From NCBI RefSeq assembly GCF_006345805.1, contig NC_043000.1, forward strand, positions 1,922,001-1,986,000: DNA of 64,000 bases, in the 5' to 3' direction. Every line of letters starts with the position of its first letter. Position 1 is the stretch's first letter. The notes beneath the pieces were generated by a model. That model saw nothing but the letters and a program-made list of their open reading frames with translations. It was not told where the DNA came from and searched no databases. Of this stretch, positions 11,316 through 22,800 are shown one piece after another. Source of the DNA: Octopus sinensis (lineage: Eukaryota). A program made the position numbers and the translations under genes.

Positions 11316-12029
11316 GGAAGCCGGTTCAGTGATCTATAGATCAGGGGGGCGTGTGGTGTGGTGATGAGGGAGTGTGACAGAGAGGGAGGGAGCGGAAGTG
11401 GGTCTTGCAGGTCTCGCAGGGCGCATGCGCCGGCGGAAGCGGAAGTGAGAGACAGAACGCACGTGCGGCATCTTGTTCTGTTACGCTCCTTTTCACCACA
11501 CTTATCACACAAAGTTTATACACAATTGTACAACATAAAAACATGATTTAAATGAACGTAATGTTAAAAGGTCAATAGACACACGCAATTATTACTACTA
11601 AAAATGTATATGTTTCTTAAAAGCTGGAGATGAATTGTGAATAAGATAAAAATTTTCCAAGTTATTGGTTTCATCAATCAAGTTAAAATACATGCATAGA
11701 AGACAGGTTACAAAAGGTGGATGAAAAAGCTGATAAACTGGGTTCCAAGAGACTGCAAAAAAACAAAAATAGAATAAAATTAAAAAAACAGAAAGAGGAC
11801 GACCCTGAACAACATGAAAGGATGAACTGGATATATTTGACAATAATTAAGGGTTCCTTATAACTGGGGACGGATCTCTAAAGCTGAAAGTTATAGAGAT
11901 AAGAGGAAGAGGGAAAGGCTGATATGGTTGATTGGTTGGTAAACGTGGTGTCCATACAATATTTTATGTATATACTCTTAAGTTAGAGTTATTAGTCTGC
12001 AAAATAATCATAGAGGTTTCTGTTGTGTT

Positions 12030-12428
12030 AGCGAATGGCTGTGTGGTAAGTAGCTTGTTTACCAAACACATGGTTCCAGGTTCAGTCCCACTGCGTGGCA
12101 TCTTGGGCAAGTGTCTTCTACTATAGCCTTGGGCCGACCAAAGCCTTGTGAGTGAATTTGGTAGATGGAAACTGAAAGAAGCCCGTCGTATATATGTATA
12201 TATATATATATATGCGTTTGTGTGTCTGTGTTTGTGCCCCTAGCATTGCTTGACAAACCGATGCTGGTTTGTTTATGTCCCCATTACTTAGCGGTTCGGC
12301 AAAAAGAGACCGATAGAATAAGTACTGGGCTTACAAAAGAATAAGTCCCGGGGTCGAGTTGCTCGATTAAAGGTGGTGTTCCAGCATGGCCGCAGTCAAA
12401 TGACTGAAACAAGTAAAAGAGTAAAGAG
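12030..12428 (+). mobile_element. SINE family B
   Basis: Matches the other family B copies. Confidence 0.8.
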
Positions 12429-12832
12429 AGAGTATATATGGTGAAAGTAGCAGTCCAATAATTGCTTCTTTGTACAATTATTCTGCAATCATCTGAAATA
12501 TATATTAGTTTCAAGGGGATATGTTTGTGGAAAGAGTAAGTAGGATGTGTTACAAACTTTTTCTTAGAGTAGTAACAACAGAAAATAGCTTTTGTCTCTG
12601 TTTCCCCCCTCCCCCACCACTTGACAACCGGTGTTAGTGTTTTTACATCCTCCATAATTTATTAGTTGTTCAGCAAAAGATAAAGATAGAATAAGCTCTC
12701 GGCTTACAAGAAAAATAAGTTCTGAGGTCGATTCATTCGACTAAAAATTCTTCAAGCCCCAGCATGGCCGCAGACTAAATTGACTGAAACAAATAAAAGA
12801 GAAAAAGATATTTCTCGAATGAAATTTGGATT

Positions 12833-13140
12833 CATCATCATCATCATCATTGTTTAACGTCAATTCTCCATGCTAGCATGGGTTGGACGGTTCGACCGGG
12901 GATCTGGGAAGCCAGAAGGCTGCACCAGGCTCCGGTCTTATCTGGCAAAGTTTCTACAGCTGGATGCCCTTCCTAACGCCAACCACTCCGTGATTGTAGT
13001 GGGTGCTTTTTACGTGCCACCTGCACTGGTGCCAGGCGAGGCTGGCATCGGCCACGGTCGGATTGGTGCATTTTATGGAAGCTAGTCGAGGCGGCATTGG
13101 CTTCGGCTACGATTCGGATGGTGCTTTTTACATGCCACCG
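12833..13140 (-). mobile_element. RTE 3' UTR-derived short repeat
   Basis: (CAT)n followed by TTTAACGTC..CATGCTAGCATGGG. Confidence 0.8.
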
Positions 13141-13918
13141 ACACGCAAAAGAAAATTATGCATTCATTAATTTTATAATGAATTTTCGAAGCCATTTTGC
13201 AAATTCACACAAGCATTAAAATATGTCAGCAACTACAGCCACTAATGAGGAAGCCTCTGCATTCTCACCAAATACCTCTGAAAAGCATACCCTATTGTCT
13301 TAAAAATTAGGTATTAGATATAGCAGTTCTGCTTACAATATGTCTAAATAAAAGACGAGATAGTCTTGGCTGGAACATTTTAAATTATTGTTTTCCTGGA
13401 TAAGTTAGATAATAACCACTACAAAAGGAAAATCTTGCTTTGTGACAACACCTGGCCATATTTCCCAGAAATGACTAATGTACATTACAATGAGATAATT
13501 CTGTATATGAAAATATTGTTAATCTCTCTTATAAAGTAAATTTGAAAGTGAAAGTGTTTTTACATAATCTAAATATTGTGTGCAGATCTATGAAGTTGGT
13601 AGGACTTTGACAATAGCTTTGTCTATCTGTTCACAAAACACTGTCATTAGAAGCATTTCCCATTTTTTTTTGTGTTTTTTTTTTCAGCAATAAAATTCTC
13701 GAAATGAACCGAAAAGCGTGATTAGCAATTCACATAATTTATATAGATGGTAAAACTATGAGTTTTGTGTTATAAGTTGTAAGTTTCACCACTTGTAAGA
13801 AATGAGCTGTAAGTCAAAATTATACTCTTTGCCAACTATTGTTTCAACCACCAGACTGAATGGGGAAGGGTTGACTTAGTTAGCATTAGTGATTATTTAT
13901 TTAGCTTTGTGTCGGGAA

Positions 13919-14325
13919 ACCCGATGTCTGGCAGCTGACTTGGCAGACACCCATAAAATTATCAACCATCGTACAAACAATAACTCTGAGCACCTTTTCA
14001 AACTCCACCCATCTAACACCCGTGGACATATTTACAAAGTCAGAAAACAGCACAGCTCCCATGACTTCAGGAAACATTTTTTCACGCTGAGAGTTGCTGA
14101 ATCATGGAACAAACTGCCGGCATCGGTTGTTAGTTGTCGGAGCACTGCATCCTTCAAAACTTCCATGCTTCCTGAGATTCGCCAACACTACACTTGATAC
14201 ACACACAAGCATGTTCACTTTCCAGACATTTCTACATTACTGCATGTACTTTATATGCACTTTGTGACAAGTTGTGGTGCACCTGAGCACTGTATACAAT
14301 AATTTCATTATTATTATTATTATTA
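13919..14325 (+). mobile_element. CR1-clade LINE, 5'-truncated
   Basis: LAADLADTHKII..RGHIYKV..FFTLRVAESWNKLP; (ATT)n tail; near-identical to 62108-62660. Confidence 0.85.
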
Positions 14326-14990
14326 AAAACAGTCATCTATATATCAGCTAAAAATTATCTTGTTCCACTTGAATCAGAAAATTCATGGATTCACTAAACA
14401 AGGGACTAAACTCATACGCACTGGATACACTCGTACTTGCTATACTATGATTTTGTAAGCGTAATTGTTTGGTGAATGTGTTGATTAAGTGTCAAGTATT
14501 AAGTGTGTACATTTACCTGGTGGACCTGATTTCAAAATCTCGGTCAGCAAAACTCTGTATACTCTAGTTGAAATGGAATGAGTGTCACAAACAGCGTCAC
14601 AAATAGGATAAATAATTAGTACAAGACTATTGCTAACATGGACAACAGAATGAAAACAATCTACATCTGTGGACCGAATAAAAAGTTTCGTTTGAAATTC
14701 CAAGTTACCAACTAGGCATCTAAAGAAGGCTGAAGGATACATACAATGGCTGAAACAATGTGACTATAGCAACCAAGATGAAGTCCCTTGCTTGAACATA
14801 TCAGTAGATAATAAAACTAGAACAATCAGCTAAGATAGTTCAGTAAAATTTGTAACTAAATACTATATTTACTCATGTATAATTCATACACATAATTTAG
14901 TGTTAAATCTTGGTTCAAAATGTTTTCATTTCATAGTTTTAGCTTTGTCCCATGTTTAGGTCACACCCTAGTTTTATCAGTTAAAATCAA

Positions 14991-15158
14991 GGCGCAGGAG
15001 TGGCTGTATGGTAGGTAGCTTGCTTACCAACCACATGGTTCTGGGTTCAGTCCCAATGCGTGGGACCTTGGGCAAGTGTCTTCTACTATAGCTTTGGGCC
15101 AACCAAAGTCTTGTGAGTGGATTTGGTAGATGGAAACTGAAAGAAGCCTGTCGTACAA

Positions 15159-15210
<52 letters not shown>

Positions 15211-15466
15211 TATATAATATATATATATATGTGTGTGTGTGTGAGTGTGTGTGTGTGTGTGTCCGTGTTTGTCCCCCCAACATCACTTGACAACCGATGC
15301 TGTTGTGTTTACATCCCCGTAACTTAGCGATTCGGCAAAAGAGACCAATAGAATAAGTACTAGGCTTACAAAGAATAAGTCCCGGGGTCGACTTGCTCGA
15401 CTAAAGGTGGTGCTCCAGCATGGCCACAGTCAAATGACTGAAACAAGTAAAAGAGTAAAAAGAGAG
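14991..15466 (+). mobile_element. SINE family B with a long (TA)n
   Basis: Family head and tail present. Confidence 0.85.
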
Positions 15467-16294
15467 TATAAAATAAGTGTGACTAACACACGACTTAATA
15501 AACAGCTCTGAAAAAAGGTTACCAGGCATGAATTTAGTATTTAATAACTTTCAAAGCTTTAAGGCAGCAAGTTGGCAGAAACATTACCATGCCAGGCAAA
15601 AAGTTTAGCGGAATTTTTCCATCTTCACATTCTGAGTTCAAATTCCACCAAGGTTGACATAGATCTTCATGCTTTGGGGTTGATAAAACAAGTACCAATT
15701 GAGTACTGGAGTCGATATAATTCACTTAACCTCCTCTGAAATTGTTGGCCTTGGGCCAAAATTTGATACCAATAACTTTCAAAGATTATCTCTGACAAAC
15801 CACATTTCATATTGGTTTCAGATTTTGGCACTAGGCTGATACTTATTTTATTGACCTCAAAAGGAGAAAGGTTAAGTCGACCTCTATGGGATTTGAACTC
15901 AGAACATAAAGACGGATGAAATGCTGCTTAACAGTTTGCCTGGTGTGTTAACGGTTCTGGCAGCTCGTCATCCTAACCGCATTTTATATTGCCTTTATAA
16001 ATAAATCCATTTGTACCTACACTAAAGTATGTGTATACAGTTAACTGGGTTGTACTACTTGCGAGTTTGGTATCTTGACTATGGATATGACACAAAACTG
16101 ACACTGGAATATATGAAGCAGAACTATCGATTCTACTGGTGCTAATCACTAAAATCAATAGTTTATACTGATAAAACTAGAAATCAGTTGAAACTATTGA
16201 TTTTATTATTGAATCAGTATTGATTCAATAGGAGAATCAATTGTTTGGTGGCCTTAAAGAATGTTTGTGTGTGTGTGTATGTGAGAGAGAGAGG

Positions 16295-16800
16295 ATAATA
16301 TTTATTTCTTTATTGCCCACTTGGGGCTAAACATAGAGGGGACAGACAAAGGTATTAAGTCGATGACATCGACCCCAGTGCGTAACTGGTATTTTATTTA
16401 TCGACCCCGAAAGGATGAAAGGCAAAGTCGACCTTGGCAGAATTTGAACTCAGAACGTAGCGGCAGACAAAATACCTATTTCTTTACTACCCACAAGGGG
16501 CTAAACACAGAAGGGACAAACAAGGACAGACAAACGGATTAAGTCGATTATATCGACCCCAATGCGTAACTGGTACTTATTTAATCGATCCCGAAAGGAT
16601 GAAAGGCAAAGTCGACCTCGGCAGAATTTGAACTCAGAACGTAGCGGCAGACAAAATACCTCTAAGCATTTCTGCTCACAAGGGACTAAACACAGAGGGG
16701 ACGAACAAGGACAGACAAACGGATTGAGTTGATTACATCGACCCCAGTGCGTAAAAGGTACTTAATTTATCGATCCCGAAAGGATGAAAGGCAAAGTCGA
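16295..16800 (-). repeat. Tandem trimer of the SINE family C body (184-bp period)
   Basis: GAACTCAGAACGTAGC at 16446 and 16630; conserved core GCCTTTCATCCTTTCGGGGTCGATAAA on minus. Confidence 0.8.
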
Positions 16801-17417
16801 TGCACACTCTGAAACCCTGACAGACGAAGATTTGTTGGAGTTGACTAAGTTTGCCAGCGAAAAGGAGGAACCTCCAGATCCAGAGAAAGAGGAGGATGAG
16901 GTGGGCCTGACACTCGAACGCCTGTCCGACCTTTTAAGGACAGCAAAGGAATTGCAAGGGAAGGCGAAAGCATGGGATCTCTATATGGCTCAGTCTCTCC
17001 AATTTAAAAATGACATCGATGCTGCCATACAGACATATAAAACTCTCTCACCACCTTGACGAAACAGTGACAGCAACTTCCAATCACAATGTTCCCTAAG
17101 CCCATCAAGAAAGCCACGCAGGAAGATACATCTCCTAAAACACTTGAAGATGTGTCCGTCACCTGAAGAGCTTCAAATCTTTGCTGGGCAGTCATTACCT
17201 TCATTATTTTCATCATTATCATCTTAAAATCAATATCATTGATTATTGGTGAGTAACCGTACATTTTACTTTATTTTTTAAATTATTATTATCATTATTA
17301 TTATTATTATATATATAATATTTTACGTTATATTTTGACATTAGAGGCATTGTGGACCACTTCCAATATTCGCGGGGGCTCTAAGAACGTAACCCCCGCG
17401 AATACTGGGGTCTACTG
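16800..17417 (+). mobile_element. Tigger/pogo-like DNA transposon, 3' end
   Basis: Transposase C-terminus (HSETLTDEDLLEL..LTLERLSDL..QLPITMF); terminus GGGGTCTACTG followed by TA. Confidence 0.7.
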
Positions 17418-17475
17418 TATATATATATATATGTACCGTTGGCGATTTTTTTCCCTCTGTCTTCCCTTCTCTGGA

Positions 17476-18007
17476 TCTTTATATATATATAAAACTGTAG
17501 TTTTATATATATAAAACTGTAGTTGTGTGAGTGTCTGTCCCCTTCGATTTAGATTCCTAACTACTCCCACATTTTGCGGTGCAGTTTAACCAAATTCGGG
17601 TATCTTATAGTCGTGAGTCATATCGAGCTCGTCTGAGTATTAGCGCGCGTCTACGATGAGTCTACGATTTTAAAAATAATTTAACATCATTTTTTATTCC
17701 ATTTTAATGCATAAAATGCATCGTATGTCGATGGCGGCGGAGTTGGCGTCCACGCTCACAGCTGCACCTGTTTGCTTCTCCCCCTTCCCTCCCTCGTGAA
17801 GCTGTGGGGAAGGGAGTGTAAAGAAATCAACGTCGTAATGCGTTGTGAAGGAAACCAGCGTTCTTTTAGAACAACGACTTCATGGCTTGAAGACACCAAA
17901 ACAAAAATGGCTAAGAAAGCCCGAATTTATAAGGGAAGTAACTCTCTAAAAATGCTTATATAGTTATTTCCCTTACAAACCCGAGCAACGCCGGGCGATA
18001 CTGCTAG
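17476..18007 (+). mobile_element. Non-autonomous Helitron, copy 1
   Basis: 5' (TA)nAAA start; 3' hairpin CCCGAGCAACGCCGGG then CTAG. Confidence 0.75.
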
Positions 18008-18964
18008 TCTATATATATAAAAGTGAAGTTGTGTGAGTGTCTGTCTCCTACGATTTAGATTCCTAACTACTCTCACATTTTGCAGTGCACTTTAACCAAA
18101 TTCGGGTATCTTATAGTCGTGATTCATATCGAGCCCGTCTGGGTATAAGCGCACGTCTACGATGAGTCTACGATTTTAAAAATAATTTACCATAATATTT
18201 TTCCATTTTAACGCATATTTTTTCCCTCCCTCGTGAAGCTGTGGGGAAGGAAATCAACGTCGTAAAGCGTTGTCAAGGAGACCAGCGTTCTGTTAGAACA
18301 ACGACTTCATGGCTTGAAGACACCAAAACAAAAATGGCTAAGAAAGCCCGAAAGCAAATTCTACAAAATCGGGAAACATGCCACACGGGGAAGGTTTCCC
18401 GTGCAAATAATTTGCACAACCGAATGTTATAGTTGTTGCACAACTTTTACTTAAAAAATATTATCCAAACACAAACTTTTGAAGGCAATATTGTATGGCG
18501 ATGGTACTTGTGAAATATGGTAATGGATTTAGTAGCCAAAAGGAGAGAGCAGAGGCATATTATGGTGGTGGTGGAGGCGGTGGTAGTGGCAGCGGTGGTG
18601 GCGGTGGTGCTGGTAGTGGTGATGGTGGTCGTGGTTGTGGTGGTGGTCGTGGTTGTGGTGGTCGTCGTGTTTGTGGTGGTGGTGGTGGGGGTGGTGGTGG
18701 TGGTCATGGGTATTAGCGCACGTCTACGATGAGTCTACGATTTAAAAAATAATTTACCATCATTTTTTTCCATTTTAACGCATATTTTTTTTAATATAAG
18801 GGAAGTAACTCTCTAAAAATGTCTACGATGAGTCAACGATTAAAAAAAAAATTTACTATAATTTGTTTTTCCATTTTCAATGCATTTTTTTGCTATAACT
18901 CTCTAAAAATGCTTATATAGTTATTTCCCTTACAAACCCGAGCAACGCCGGGCGATACTGCTAG
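18008..18964 (+). mobile_element. Non-autonomous Helitron, copy 2 (head-to-tail), carrying a (GGT)n tract
   Basis: Junction CTAG|TCTATATATATAAA at 18007/18008; same 3' hairpin and CTAG; (GGT)n at about 18560-18705. Confidence 0.8.
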
Positions 18965-19294
18965 TATATATATATATATATATATAATCAGTTTCACAGT
19001 ACTGGGTTTTCAAACGAAAGTGACCTTTAAATATTGAAGGAATGTCATCCGAGAAAGACAGGCACCTATATATATTTATATATATCAAAGGAAACGGTAA
19101 AGGTGTCAAGACATTAACTAGTTCGAAAGTTCAAACATCTACATGTTGTACCAAATAGCAACATTCTGTGATTATTGACTTCACGGTTGTTAAAGAAGCA
19201 GCCGAAATTTTGGGGTTTCATTTCTATAGAGAGAACTCTCCAGTTCTTCAGTATTTGGTGTCTGTTACAGTTGTCTCACCTTGCAGCTCCAACA

Positions 19295-20098
19295 ATGGCG
19301 ATCCACCTGACAAACCTCGTGTCGAAAACATTAGACACGCATATTCGGAGAACATGTGTTCATATTTTTAGGTTACTGTCGACATTCGATCACCGCTCAT
19401 CAGATGCCGAAGAATTACCAAAGCCTCCGAAGAAACCGTACACTATGTTTTTCGAATTCTTAGACAGAAATCGCCAAGCCGTAGTTTCAAATAACCCTGG
19501 AATAAAGAACCCAGAAGTTATTAGTTTGATATCGAACATGTATCGTAATTTGTCTGAGGCCGACAAAACGCTTTTGAGAGAGGAATCGGTAAAAAGATTC
19601 CAGGCTTATAAGGAAGAATACGTTAAATTTAAGGCATCTTTGTCTCCACAACAACTCCAAGCGATGACAATTTTATCTCAGAAGAAAAAGGCGAGTCGCT
19701 TAAAAAGAGAAAAGAAGCGAGCTGAAAAGAAATACGGTCATCCACAGAGGCCGATCAGTTCTTACGGCGTTTTTGTACGGGAAAATAAAGGAAAACGTGG
19801 AAACATGGGTTTTGCAGAGTTTTCCAAATACTTGTCTCGAATCTGGAAAGAAATGTCCGATAAAGAAAAGTCTGTCTATCATGATATGTCTCTGGCCGAG
19901 AGAGAGAGATACGCCGTTCAGATGGTAGACTGGGAACAACTGATGCTGGAGGAAGGTCGGCCCGAGTTGATAAGAGGTTACAAGAAAACGAAACAAAAGA
20001 AAACGAAAACGAAACCTAAAACAAAAACAAAAACTAAAGCGAAAAAGAAGAGAAAAACGAAGAAAAAAACGAGCAAGAAGAATCTTGAGGATATTTGA
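19295..20098 (+). CDS. TFAM: Mitochondrial transcription factor A-like protein (two HMG boxes), single coding exon, 267 aa
   Basis: Arg/Leu/Ser/Thr-rich N-terminus resembling a presequence; HMG1 PKPPKKPYTMFF; HMG2 PQRPISSYGVFV; WEQLMLEEGRPELIR parallels human WEEQMIEVGRKDLLR; ATG in context ACAATGG; no frameshifts. Confidence 0.85.
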   Translation: MAIHLTNLVSKTLDTHIRRTCVHIFRLLSTFDHRSSDAEELPKPPKKPYTMFFEFLDRNRQAVVSNNPGIKNPEVISLISNMYRNLSEADKTLLREESVKRFQAYKEEYVKFKASLSPQQLQAMTILSQKKKASRLKREKKRAEKKYGHPQRPISSYGVFVRENKGKRGNMGFAEFSKYLSRIWKEMSDKEKSVYHDMSLAERERYAVQMVDWEQLMLEEGRPELIRGYKKTKQKKTKTKPKTKTKTKAKKKRKTKKKTSKKNLEDI

Positions 20099-20643
20099 TC
20101 TGCAAAGTTTGAATGTTTTGCGATCATCTTCGAGCATTTTCTATGAACAAGTAGGAAGTTGTATTTCTAATTTATTTTCATTTAATAATCTACCTAGCTA
20201 CATTATTATTGTATACAAGAGCAGTGTTCCGAATAGCAATCTGTGTATCTCGACGAGGATATACGGATCTTTTTCTGTTTGGCTTTCACTTTTTGAAAAT
20301 TTAAAATTAAGTGAAAATTTTAAAATTTAGTATGATGATGTAATTTTTCATGCTGAATCTGATGCTGTTATTTTATTGTGCCAGAAAATTTTTAGGAAAA
20401 TATTACAGCAGTTTAAAATTTGATTATTTTTTACTGGTAATTCAGATTAAAAGTAAATAAAAATTAAGGGGAGATAAGTAGTAAAAGAAGCAAATTCTAA
20501 GAGAAATCGTGGAAATGCTGGAGACAACATTCTTCAGTGATTGGCACGGCGTCGACTAATTATGAGTATGTTTACATGTGAAAATTGTAATTCACCATAT
20601 GGCCTTACTACACCTGCTGACGTCAATTATAATAATAATAATA

Positions 20644-20752
20644 ATAATAATAATTGTGTACAGTGCTCAGGTGCACTACAACTCATCTAAAGTGTATATA
20701 TAATCAGGTGTAGTTTCGGCGGATTTCGGAAAGCATGAGGGCCTTATGGCAC
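20644..20752 (-). mobile_element. CR1 3' end fragment
   Basis: Nearly identical to about 4395-4500, with an (AAT)n tail. Confidence 0.7.
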
Positions 20753-21049
20753 TGCAAGTGTTGTAAAAGGGGCAAATCTTTTCGTTACCGTTCATTTTTT
20801 TTGAGAGAAGTCATATTCCGCCAGTTTAGGTTGTGAAAAAAAAGTAACTTGAATCATCCCCGCCTCCTTAATTTTTATTTTTTAATCTAACCAAACTGAA
20901 CAATTGCAGTTTTTACCCTATCAGAAAACAGGATTTGGAAGCTAGCATATTCTGCTAGCTTTCATTTGAAAATGAAAAGCAATATGTTACGACGATGTAA
21001 GTTGTAAGAAGTTTTGAAATTTTAATAAATTTAAGTGAATAAGCCATAC

Positions 21050-21176
21050 AGTTCTATATTTAAGAGATGAGGAATTAATTATGTACATTATTTACAATTG
21101 ACGGATATTTGTCCTCATCTTGTTTGTTGTTAACGCAACGTTTCGGCTGATATACCCTCCAGCTTTCATCAGGTGA
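21050..21176 (-). ncRNA. Penelope-type repeat with a minimal hammerhead ribozyme-like core
   Basis: Minus strand CAC-CTGATGA-A-AGCTG-gagggtatat-CAGCC-GAAAC-GTT-GCG; core nucleotides intact, helix I imperfect. Confidence 0.5.
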
Positions 21177-21353
21177 ACCCAGGTTCGAAATAAGTAATGT
21201 GAAACGTTGGAATAGGCAATATAAAAAGGAACAAATCCTCAATGAATTTTTTTATCGCGAAGAATTATAAAAATACAAAACAAACTACGTTATACCACTA
21301 GTTCACTTCATGTAAGCAATACCGAAAATTAAAACCGAAATTTGAGATATACT

Positions 21354-21600
21354 AAGGCTAGGGTTGGGGTTTTAGAGTTAGAATTTGGGTTTAGGGTCAG
21401 AGTTAGGGTTTAAGGTTTGAATTAGGGTTAGAGTTGGAATATCGGATTGGGTTTAGGATTAGAATTGGAGTTTAGGGCTAGGATTGGAGTTTAGGGTTAG
21501 AATTAGGGCTAGGATTGAAGTTTAGGGTGAGAATTAGGGTTAGAATCAGGGTTTAGGTTTAAAATTAGAGTTAGTGTTTAGGATTGGAGTTTAGGGTCAG
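21354..21600 (+). repeat. Degenerate interstitial (TTAGGG)n-like array
   Basis: Mix of TTAGGG, TTAGAG, TTTAGGG, TTGGAG and TTAGAA units over about 250 bp. Confidence 0.75.
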
Positions 21601-22431
21601 CCCAACCAGTGGATAACCTGGGGTTAATCAATTGGTAACATATATTTTGTGAACATTTTCCTAAAATTTTTCTGGAGCAAGTGAATAACAAAATTAGATC
21701 CTGCATGGAAAATAACAACAAAATACCAAATTTGAAAATTTTCACTCAATTTCAAAATCTTTGACAGCAATAGAAAAGACCCATTAGTTTTTTTGTCAGA
21801 TAAAAAAAAAAAAAATAAGAAACAAACATTTGAACAGGCATGTAAACAATTTAAAAACGAAAAATCTACAAAATTTTTTTGCGAAAAATTACAAAAAAGC
21901 AAAGTGTATGTTATGCTGTAGTAATAGTTCAGTTCATGTAAACAAAACATTTTTTGTAGCAAAGTTCAGAATATAGGTATTGATTGTAGTAGTTTTAATC
22001 AGACAACAGCTTGGCACCAATGTGTCTGGCTTTCGATTTGCTAAAATTACCAAAATTTGCAAAATTTAAAAATTAGTAACTTTTTGTTTATTAATTTATG
22101 GCGTAAATGAATTTCATTTCCATAATTAGCAAACAAATCTACTTCAATACACCAAATTTGAAATCAACTGGAACAAAATTAAAGGAACTGAAAAGTAAAA
22201 GTCAACCAGGAAAGATCTGGATATACCTTAAGAAAGCCACAATACTGTGGTATACATCTTCAGAAAGTGTCTCGTATAGATGTATAGTGCTAAAAAGTGT
22301 ACTACTGGTACTTCTGTGCTTTTATAGCACTATACTTCTATGTTCTATGTGAGGTGCCTTCTCTTGATAAATACCACAATATTGTGGCTTCCTTGCAAGT
22401 ATATCTATCCATGTTATGATATACATATATA

Positions 22432-22475
<44 letters not shown>

Positions 22476-22767
22476 ATATATATAGATACATAGAAGCATT
22501 GTAGTTTGCTTGAAGCATTGTAATACTGAATAAAGAAAAGAAAAGAGACAATAAGAAAGCTTCTTTCAATGCTGAAAGTTTTACAAAACCTTTATATTTC
22601 AGGTGCAGTCGGAAGCAGTCTGGATACACCTATTACATTACCTTACTCAAACTTGTCAGTGTTAATGCTGAGGAGTTTGTAAGGTAACAGAATTGGTGTA
22701 ACTGGGCATTTGTTAACCTTTCTGCATTGGTGGAAGCTTCCTTATTTTTTCTTTCTTTTCCTTATTA

Positions 22768-22800
<33 letters not shown>

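Larger units (their letters stand above)
9925..11509 (+). mobile_element. Gypsy-like LTR retrotransposon, internally deleted and inverted derivative
   Basis: TGTG...CACA LTRs (9925-10201 and 11352-11509), 5-bp TSD CAAAG (9920-9924, 11510-11514), polypurine tract AGGGGGGCG at 11343-11351, gag and integrase-tail remnants. Confidence 0.92.

Noticed and set aside
18447-18732. Gly-rich, Thr-rich and Val-rich ORFs
   Set aside because: All are translations of a (GGT)n microsatellite inside a Helitron.
19175-19294. 40-aa N-terminal extension of TFAM in the ORF track
   Set aside because: It starts at TTG, spans a likely splice acceptor, and the ATG at 19295 has good context and begins the presequence-like segment.
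22490-22690. Apparent 81-nt exon with good splice sites
   Set aside because: The upstream acceptor region recurs at about 60440-60535, so it appears to be part of a repeat; no coding support.
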